Shown here: in pieces, positions 59,251 through 64,000 of the stretch
Position numbering within the stretch: position 1 is the first letter of the stretch
Layout of the letters: every line of letters starts with the position of its first letter
IMG/VR virus record: IMGVR_UViG_3300043399_000676
Source of the DNA: a virus
Taxonomy: Duplodnaviria > Heunggongvirae > Uroviricota > Caudoviricetes
Strand: one strand, 5' to 3'
Length of the DNA: 64,000 nucleotides
Notes under the pieces: model-generated
What the model saw: only the letters and a program-made list of their open reading frames with translations
Database searches by the model: none
What the model was told of the DNA's origin: nothing
Translations under genes and position numbers: made by a program

Positions 59251-59436
59251 TTAAAGGACTAGCATTGCCCAGCAAATAAAGAAAATAATTACGAGAACAA
59301 TCTTCCAAACTGGAATACTAAAGTTAAACTTAACTGTTTGCTTCTGAGGAGTAAAGTTACTATTGAATACTGGATACCTCTTCTGATTACTAAATTTGAC
59401 TTGCTTAGTTTTACGACCAAGGTTGCGAGTTTTCAT
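59251..59436 (-). CDS. small protein with C-terminal TM segment
   Basis: MKTRNLGRK start, AGGA SD. Confidence 0.55.
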   Translation of the reverse strand: MKTRNLGRKTKQVKFSNQKRYPVFNSNFTPQKQTVKFNFSIPVWKIVLVIIFFICWAMLVL

Positions 59437-59463
59437 TCTATTCCTAAAGCTGAGTTGTTGGAA

Positions 59464-59606
59464 TGGTGTCAAGGTTTTCGTACTTGACACTGGGTCGAGG
59501 GATGTCCCAGACGGCAGATGCATGAACCCACCTAATATAGTATGCCACCGTAACGTCAGGGTGGTACGCATCGTCGCTCTTTGGCGGCTCCTTCCTCGGT
59601 TTTGTT
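59464..59606 (-). ncRNA. putative CCA-ended structured ncRNA
   Basis: GC-rich hairpins; ends GTGTCAAG-TACGAAAAC-CTTGACACCA. Confidence 0.5.
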
Positions 59607-59697
59607 ACCATATTGAAACACACTAGGCGCACACACAGCGACTACAACTGCACCACCAGCTTGAGTCCTCATAGTGTTAAGTGTGCTTCAATATGGT
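59607..59697 (-). repeat. ACCATATT hairpin element 1
   Basis: ACCATATTGAAGCACACT...AGTGTGTTTCAATATGGT. Confidence 0.85.
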
Positions 59698-59816
59698 AGT
59701 TGGTGCTGATCTCCAACTTGATTGCACTGCTACGTCCTGTTTCCTGACGCTACCCTAAACGATGGTCTGGGCCTGCAATCCGCATAACCAGCTACTGCGT
59801 ATCAGCCTACGCATTT
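59694..59816 (-). ncRNA. putative CCA-ended kissing-loop ncRNA
   Basis: TGCGTA-GGCTGA-TACGCA ... GTTGG-AGATCAGCA-CCAAC-TACCA. Confidence 0.6.
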
Positions 59817-59897
59817 ACCATATTGAAACATATTCTGTCGCCGTTTTCGCATACGCTGGTAACGACCAAGACCTCAAAGAATATGTTTCAATATGGT
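59817..59897 (-). repeat. ACCATATT hairpin element 2
   Basis: 20-bp perfect inverted repeat ACCATATTGAAACATATTCT. Confidence 0.85.
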
Positions 59898-60026
59898 GCC
59901 AGTCTTTCCTGGCTGTCATCTAAGTTTCTTTTTGATACTATTGCCTGCCCACGGATTTAGCTAGCTTACCGTGCTGCTCATACTGGACGCAACTTAGAGA
60001 AGAGACCGCTGCTCTTACTGGCTTTC
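59894..60026 (-). ncRNA. putative CCA-ended structured ncRNA
   Basis: CTAAGTT...AACTTAG stem; ends GACAGCCAGGAAAGACTGGCACCA. Confidence 0.55.
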
Positions 60027-60121
60027 ACCATATTGAAACACACTGGTACTTCCCTTCAAAGGGGCAGGAAGTTTATGGCTGTTGCCCCACTCCGATACCA
60101 ACCAATGTGTTTTAATATAGT
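60027..60121 (-). repeat. ACCATATT hairpin element 3
   Basis: ACTATATTAAAACACATTGGT...ACCAGTGTGTTTCAATATGGT. Confidence 0.8.
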
Positions 60122-60200
60122 GTCACTCTCCTGACCACTTTTAACGGAGGGGGTAGAGCCTCGAGTGACTTGTCAAAGACAGGCTTTATTCCTGGTTGCA

Positions 60201-60277
60201 ACCATATTGAAGTAGACTGTTAAGTGGCCGTTTGTTCAACGGAATTCTTTTTCGCACTCAATCTACTTTAATATGGT
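60201..60277 (-). repeat. ACCATATT hairpin element 4
   Basis: ACCATATTAAAGTAGATTG...CAGTCTACTTCAATATGGT. Confidence 0.8.
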
Positions 60278-60436
60278 AACGCCTTGTTCTTCTAACTTCT
60301 TCCTGAACTCATTCCTTGCATGAAGATACCATGCCCAGTTACCCATGAATCCATCTATGCTTGTAGGCTTATCCAAATTAGCGTAATACTCTTTAAACTG
60401 CTTTTCAAACTCGGCGAGCGTTATTGTTTTGTTCAT
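60263..60436 (-). CDS. small hypothetical protein (57 aa; not in ORF track)
   Basis: AGAGGT SD; MNKTITLAEFEKQFKEYY...; stop codon lies inside hairpin 4. Confidence 0.6.
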   Translation of the reverse strand: MNKTITLAEFEKQFKEYYANLDKPTSIDGFMGNWAWYLHARNEFRKKLEEQGVTILK

Positions 60437-60457
60437 AGATACCTCTTGTTATTAGTC

Positions 60458-60628
60458 TGGTGTCCACGAGTCTTGTTACTCTCCGTATGCATCCGGATTT
60501 CTCGCAGTACGTGGTCTAGTCATAGCCTCTGCTTATGTTCAACGACCCGCCGGTGTCATTGCACCTTATCAAGTATCGTGTATAGTTTCCGCTTCATCGA
60601 CTACCGCTGACATACAGATCAGCTTCAC
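60458..60628 (-). ncRNA. putative CCA-ended structured ncRNA
   Basis: No credible ORF, multiple hairpins, ends ...CGTGGACACCA. Confidence 0.45.
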
Positions 60629-60707
60629 ACCATATCAAAGCATACTCGGGTCACGAAGTTTCCGATTTCAAACCCCCGATTCTTACGGACATATGCTTTG
60701 ATATGAT
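60629..60707 (-). repeat. ACCATATT hairpin element 5 (at the predicted TSS)
   Basis: ATCATATCAAAGCATAT...GTATGCTTTGATATGGT. Confidence 0.75.
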
Positions 60708-60714
60708 GTCAATA

Positions 60715-60743
60715 ATTATACATATCTCTTATATGTATGTCAA
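60715..60743 (-). promoter_or_regulatory. consensus sigma70 promoter for the ncRNA operon
   Basis: TTGACA-17 nt-TATAAT on the minus strand. Confidence 0.85.
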
Positions 60744-60744
60744 G

Positions 60745-60821
60745 TGGTACTTCCTAGAAGAATCGAACTTCTGACCTCTTGCGTGTCATGCAAGCGTTCT
60801 TGACCACTGAACTAAGGAAGT
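60745..60821 (-). tRNA. tRNA-Val(GAC)
   Basis: Loop AT-GAC-AC, ACCA end. Confidence 0.85.
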
Positions 60822-60827
60822 AGAGTT

Positions 60828-60903
60828 TGGTAGGACCTGCCAGGTTCGAACTGACGACATTCTGCGTGTAGGGCAGACGCTCTACCAACTGAGCTAAGGT
60901 CCT
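60828..60903 (-). tRNA. tRNA-Val(TAC)
   Basis: Loop CC-TAC-AC (C33 variant), ACCA end. Confidence 0.85.
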
Positions 60904-60910
60904 TTATTTT

Positions 60911-61000
60911 TGGCGGAGAAGGTGAGATTCGAACTCACGGTAGAGTTTCCCCTACGCTAGTTTTCAAGACTAGAGCCATAAACCACTCGGCCACTTCTCC
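60911..61000 (-). tRNA. tRNA-Ser(TGA)
   Basis: Loop CT-TGA-AA, long variable arm. Confidence 0.9.
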
Positions 61001-61007
61001 TTATGTT

Positions 61008-61081
61008 TGGTGCCCCAGGAAGGTTACGCTCCTCCTACTCATCTTTACCAAAGATGTATTTTACTATTAAACCACAGGGGC
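61008..61081 (-). tRNA. tRNA-Thr(GGT) with non-canonical T-loop
   Basis: Loop TT-GGT-AA; T-loop AGCGTAA. Confidence 0.75.
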
Positions 61082-61100
61082 AACTCCAATAAATATTGTC

Positions 61101-61637
61101 ATGAATTACTGCAATAAACTTAACCTTGATCTTTCTCCCGTCTCTAGTACTTTCGATCTATATTCTATAAAGAAAGAACACACCGTATTAGATAAGTCAG
61201 AAATCAACCCTGAAATTCAATCATTTTTATCGGAAAGAAACATTTCCATAAGCTGGGCAGAAATTTTCTATAGAAAACCATTTGATATTGTCAATATTCA
61301 CACCGATGATCTAGGGGGAGACATTGTTAAAATCAACTGGATATACGGCGGAGAAAACAGCACAATGTTTTGGTTTGCACCAAAAGATCCTTCTATTGTA
61401 AAGATTCCATTTAAAACGGCTATAAACAGCAACTACTTGTACTACAAACGAGATGAAGTCAATCTTGTACACAAAGAACAACTACGAGGAGCTTACCTAG
61501 TTCAAGTAGGAGTCCCGCATGCAGTTATAAATTCAAAAGCAGAACGATATTGTATCAGCCTAGTTTTACAAAACCAGCATAATCAATTTTTATCTATGCG
61601 CGATGCTATCTCTATTTTTTCTGATCTGATTGTTTAA
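61101..61637 (+). CDS. hypothetical protein, cupin/2OG-Fe(II)-like
   Basis: IHTD...KINW...VGVPHAVIN...RYCIS; TAAATA promoter. Confidence 0.55.
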   Translation: MNYCNKLNLDLSPVSSTFDLYSIKKEHTVLDKSEINPEIQSFLSERNISISWAEIFYRKPFDIVNIHTDDLGGDIVKINWIYGGENSTMFWFAPKDPSIVKIPFKTAINSNYLYYKRDEVNLVHKEQLRGAYLVQVGVPHAVINSKAERYCISLVLQNQHNQFLSMRDAISIFSDLIV

Positions 61638-61713
61638 TGGTGCCCCCTTCTGGTTACGCTCCAGACTCCCATGCTCTTCAGGCATATGCTTTCACTAGAT
61701 TAGCTTAAGGGGC
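61638..61713 (-). tRNA. tRNA-Phe(GAA) with non-canonical T-loop
   Basis: Loop CT-GAA-GA; T-loop AGCGTAA. Confidence 0.75.
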
Positions 61714-62316
61714 ATTAAGTTTTTGCCAAGTTTTTTTATTTTCATGAACAGCTAGTTCACACGTTTCCTCATCATAGATTTGTTCAGGTGTTATATACCC
61801 AACACTTTCCTTAGTCATTAACCATTCTGTTAATGAGGGTGTTCCATAAGGAAAGGTCTCATCGAGTTTAGGAACACAAGGTGACTGGCAAAACTTTAAG
61901 AAGTCAGAAGTTTTATGTTTTTTGGCAATAATCACAAAGTCATCAATCATCGTGGTTTTCATTCCTCGATTGTAGAAGTATAATCCTCTTCTTTTAGGAA
62001 ATATCATATCTACTTCATCAAACAAGGAATACAAATGATCGAAATCTACTTTCCACCTAATATCAAAATCAGTATAGATACCGCCAAATTTGTCTAACAC
62101 CGAATACCTTGCTAATTGCAACTTATGAAACAAGGTGCTTTTCAAGTACAATTCTTTGATATGCGGAAAGTTCTCTAAAATATCTGAGTCTTTCCATAGA
62201 ATAAATCCATAAGAAGGATTCATTGCAATAGTGTTTCTATAGTTACCGTAAAAACTATCTGGGGTAGAATTCTCTCCTACCCAAATGTAATGAACTAAGC
62301 TGTTAAATCGTTTCAT
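61705..62316 (-). CDS. glycosyltransferase, DXD type (GT32-like)
   Basis: VHYIWVG, RYSVLDKFGGIYTDFD; start moved to MKRFN because the upstream part of the track ORF is a tRNA. Confidence 0.8.
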   Translation of the reverse strand: MKRFNSLVHYIWVGENSTPDSFYGNYRNTIAMNPSYGFILWKDSDILENFPHIKELYLKSTLFHKLQLARYSVLDKFGGIYTDFDIRWKVDFDHLYSLFDEVDMIFPKRRGLYFYNRGMKTTMIDDFVIIAKKHKTSDFLKFCQSPCVPKLDETFPYGTPSLTEWLMTKESVGYITPEQIYDEETCELAVHENKKTWQKLNAP

Positions 62317-62329
62317 GTTGTATATATGA

Positions 62330-62406
62330 TGGTAGTGACGGCGAGGTTCGAACTCGCTTCTTTCAGCCTTATGAGGACTGCGTATTTCCACTAATACTAC
62401 GTCACT
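62330..62406 (-). tRNA. tRNA-Met/Ile2(CAT)
   Basis: Loop CT-CAT-AA, ACCA end. Confidence 0.8.
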
Positions 62407-62418
62407 TTAACGTACTTG

Positions 62419-62498
62419 ACCATATTGAAGTACACTATTTTCATATCCTTTCGGTCCTGCTGATCAGTGTTTGCCAGGATAATGCACTTTAATATGGT
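62419..62498 (-). repeat. ACCATATT hairpin element 6
   Basis: ACCATATTAAAGTGCATTAT...ATAGTGTACTTCAATATGGT; starts at the ACCA of tRNA-Lys. Confidence 0.85.
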
Positions 62499-62569
62499 TG
62501 GGGCAGGGGGACTTGAACCCCCAACTTACCGGTTAAAAGCCGGTTACTCTACCATTGAGTTATACCCCA
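62495..62569 (-). tRNA. tRNA-Lys(TTT)
   Basis: Loop CT-TTT-AA. Confidence 0.9.
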
Positions 62570-62672
62570 TCATAGATCGTATTGTTGATTTACCGTGCCA
62601 ACTCTAGACCTACGATGGGATCTAGAGCGACACTACATCTTACCTCGTTTCATGTCAATCTCCTTAAAAATT

Positions 62673-62746
62673 TGGTAGCCCCGGGAGGTAACGCTCCTCC
62701 GACTCCGCGTTATCAGCACGGTGTTATACTTTTTAACTAAAGGGCC
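62673..62746 (-). tRNA. tRNA-Ile(GAT) with non-canonical T-loop
   Basis: Loop CT-GAT-AA; T-loop AGCGTTA. Confidence 0.75.
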
Positions 62747-62756
62747 AATTATAAAA

Positions 62757-62815
62757 CAGGATGCGCTTTTCTTTTTCCAATAAGAAGTAGAATTAAGTTT
62801 GCTGAATGCATCCTA
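62757..62815 (-). ncRNA. stem-CAGCAA motif copy D
   Basis: TAGGATGC-ATTCAGCAAACTTAATT...GCATCCTG. Confidence 0.7.
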
Positions 62816-62912
62816 AAAAGGGCACCGGTTACGCTTTCCGGCGCTGCTTGTACACTCAATAAATCATGAGTAGTTCACAGCCGTTGCTGTTGCGTCTAGG
62901 CAACTTTCGTTT

Positions 62913-62987
62913 TGGAGCGGGTAGTCGGGTTCGAACCGACGACCTTCTGCTTGGCAAGCAGATGCACTACCACTGTGCTATACCCGC
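62913..62987 (-). tRNA. tRNA-Gly(GCC)
   Basis: Loop TT-GCC-AA, TCCA end. Confidence 0.92.
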
Positions 62988-62994
62988 ATATTCT

Positions 62995-63078
62995 TGGTGC
63001 CCCAGGAGGGATTCGAACCCTCACGCCTCTCGGCACTGGTTTCTAAGACCAGCGTGTCTACCATTCCACCACCGGGGC
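62995..63078 (-). tRNA. tRNA-Leu(TAG)
   Basis: Loop CT-TAG-AA, variable arm. Confidence 0.92.
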
Positions 63079-63087
63079 AAAAATTCT

Positions 63088-63163
63088 TGGGGTGACTAGT
63101 CGGATTTGAACCGACATCTATCGGAATCACAATCCGAGGCTCTACCGTTGAGCTATAGCCACC
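63088..63163 (-). tRNA. tRNA-His(GTG)
   Basis: Loop TT-GTG-AT, G-1, CCCA end. Confidence 0.9.
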
Positions 63164-63170
63164 ATCGATT

Positions 63171-63281
63171 ACCATATTGAAGCACACTTGTAGGACTTGA
63201 ACCTACCGACTTTGCTCTAAGGGCAAAGCTATGCACCACCCATATCAGCGCGGCCTGCGCCTTAGTGTGCTTTAATATGGC
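63171..63281 (-). repeat. ACCATATT hairpin element 7 enclosing a tRNA-like body
   Basis: GCCATATTAAAGCACACT...GTAGGTTCAAGTCCTAC-AAGTGTGCTTCAATATGGT. Confidence 0.8.
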
Positions 63282-63353
63282 TACGGTGGAGGGACTTGAA
63301 CCCCCAACATCTGGTTTTGGAGACCAGGGTTCTGCCAATTGAACTACACCGTA
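63278..63353 (-). tRNA. tRNA-Trp(CCA)
   Basis: Loop CT-CCA-AA, GCCA end. Confidence 0.9.
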
Positions 63354-63363
63354 ATAACTTAAA

Positions 63364-63428
63364 TCACTGTCTAGGGATCGAACCTAGTCGAGTTGCGCGC
63401 CAATCTCGTACTACCAAGTACACAGTGA
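63364..63428 (-). ncRNA. minimal or degenerate tRNA-like element
   Basis: 7-bp acceptor stem, D-like arm and T-arm CTAGG-TTCGATC-CCTAG; no CCA and no proper anticodon loop. Confidence 0.55.
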
Positions 63429-63433
63429 AACTT

Positions 63434-63508
63434 TGGCAGGGGTACTAGGAATCGAACCTAGACTAACGGAATCAAAATCCGTTGTGACTACCATTACACC
63501 ATACCCCA
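63434..63508 (-). tRNA. tRNA-Gln(TTG)
   Basis: Loop TT-TTG-AT. Confidence 0.9.
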
Positions 63509-63514
63509 ACAATT

Positions 63515-63589
63515 TGGCTCCGGAGGCAGGGATCGAACCTACGACCAATTGATTAACAGTCAACTGCACTACCGCTGTGCTACTCCGGA
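63515..63589 (-). tRNA. tRNA-Asn(GTT)
   Basis: Loop CT-GTT-AA. Confidence 0.92.
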
Positions 63590-63599
63590 ATAAACAAAA

Positions 63600-63662
63600 C
63601 AGGATGCCTTTTTACGGTTTAGATTAGAAGTCTAATGTATAAAGTTTGCTGAAAGCATCCTA
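63600..63662 (-). ncRNA. stem-CAGCAA motif copy E with an Arg(TCT) anticodon-arm mimic
   Basis: TAGGATGC-TTTCAGCAAAC...TTAGA-CTTCTAA-TCTAA...GCATCCTG. Confidence 0.7.
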
Positions 63663-63666
63663 AAAC

Positions 63667-63749
63667 TGGTGTGTGTTACGGGATTCGAACCCGCACTTCA
63701 AGGTTGTTAGCCCTGCGTCGTGATGCCCTAACATTTTGACCAAACACAC
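63667..63749 (-). tRNA. atypical tRNA-like gene with AAC anticodon and expanded D-loop
   Basis: GTGTGTT acceptor stem, CAGGG-CTAACAA-CCTTG arm, canonical T-arm, ACCA end. Confidence 0.6.
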
Positions 63750-63755
63750 ATAAAC

Positions 63756-63870
63756 TGGCGCCGCTGCTAGGAATCGAACCTAGATATCTTCCTTGACATG
63801 GAATTGTAATTGCTGAACGTAATCTTGACAGATTCGCTTTTTAAGCGTCCTACCATTAGACGACAGCGGC
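63756..63870 (-). tRNA. tRNA-Asp(GTC)-like gene with a ~40-nt CAGCAA-containing insertion
   Basis: Intact acceptor, D and T arms and GCCA end; TTCC-ATGTCAA-GGAA arm; insertion follows the D-arm. Confidence 0.6.
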
Positions 63871-63876
63871 TAAAAC

Positions 63877-63953
63877 TGGTAGCGAGAGGAGGGATTCGAA
63901 CCCCCGACCTTCGGCTTATGAGACCGACGAGCTAACCACTGCTCCACTCCGCA
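63877..63953 (-). tRNA. tRNA-Met(CAT), initiator-like
   Basis: TCGGT-CTCATAA-GCCGA arm; unpaired first acceptor position. Confidence 0.85.
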
Positions 63954-63960
63954 TCAAATT

Positions 63961-64000
63961 TGGCGCCTCGTACGGGACTTGAACCCGTGGCCTTCTGCGT
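63961..64000 (-). tRNA. tRNA 3' half (truncated by the window; probably Asp)
   Basis: T-arm ACGGG-TTCAAGT-CCCGT and GCCA end; anticodon lies outside the window. Confidence 0.65.

Noticed and set aside
59464-60628. tmRNA or RNase P RNA
   Set aside because: No GGGG(C/A)TG 5' end with Ala acceptor and tag frame, and no GAGGAAAGTCC-type P4 motifs
59607-60707. CRISPR array interpretation of the ACCATATT repeats
   Set aside because: The repeats are inverted pairs with covarying stems, spacing is 174-430 bp, copies are dispersed among tRNAs, and no cas genes are in the window
62317-62391. N-terminal extension of ORF 61705..62391, and the track ORFs at 62866, 62978 and 63153
   Set aside because: They overlap clear tRNA genes and are spurious translations
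62430-62480. Hammerhead ribozyme in the hairpin 6 loop (CTGATCAG...GAAA)
   Set aside because: The core reads CTGATCA rather than CTGANGA, and the required three-stem arrangement is not evident
1-64000. Stop-codon reassignment (alternative genetic code)
   Set aside because: Recognisable genes are full length in code 11, and no canonical suppressor tRNA is seen

Overview
This window is a gene-dense segment of a large lytic T4-like (jumbo-type) bacteriophage genome read in genetic code 11. The host is inferred to be a proteobacterium. It carries consensus sigma70 early promoters in repeated promoter/stem-loop/SD cassettes and TAAATA late promoters. From left to right it contains: a GIY-YIG/NUMOD3 endonuclease; a folE-queD-queE deazaguanine cluster with a glycosyltransferase and an epimerase; RNase H and ATP-dependent DNA ligase; many small early ORFs; host-takeover and proteostasis genes (Nudix, SOD, IF-1, dCMP deaminase, ClpP, ClpS, ClpX, Hsp20, bS21, HD-domain ppGpp hydrolase, Pth2); a PrkA-YeaH-SpoVR operon; and about 20 tRNA or tRNA-like genes. 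Three things stand out. (1) A DUF2828 (TROVE/Ro60-like, vWA) gene has a 'stem-CAGCAA' RNA motif in its leader. The motif recurs at least 6 times as free-standing or tRNA-embedded RNAs, and several copies display anticodon-loop mimics. (2) A sigma70-driven operon of CCA-ended non-tRNA RNAs is punctuated by a conserved ~18-20 bp hairpin family (7 copies). In most copies the first bases of the hairpin are the CCA end of the preceding RNA. (3) A tandem accordion of seven paralogous R-S-E ADP-ribosyltransferase-like proteins carries a hypervariable insertion and virion-type N-termini. All functional calls come from motif recognition by eye; no database search was run.
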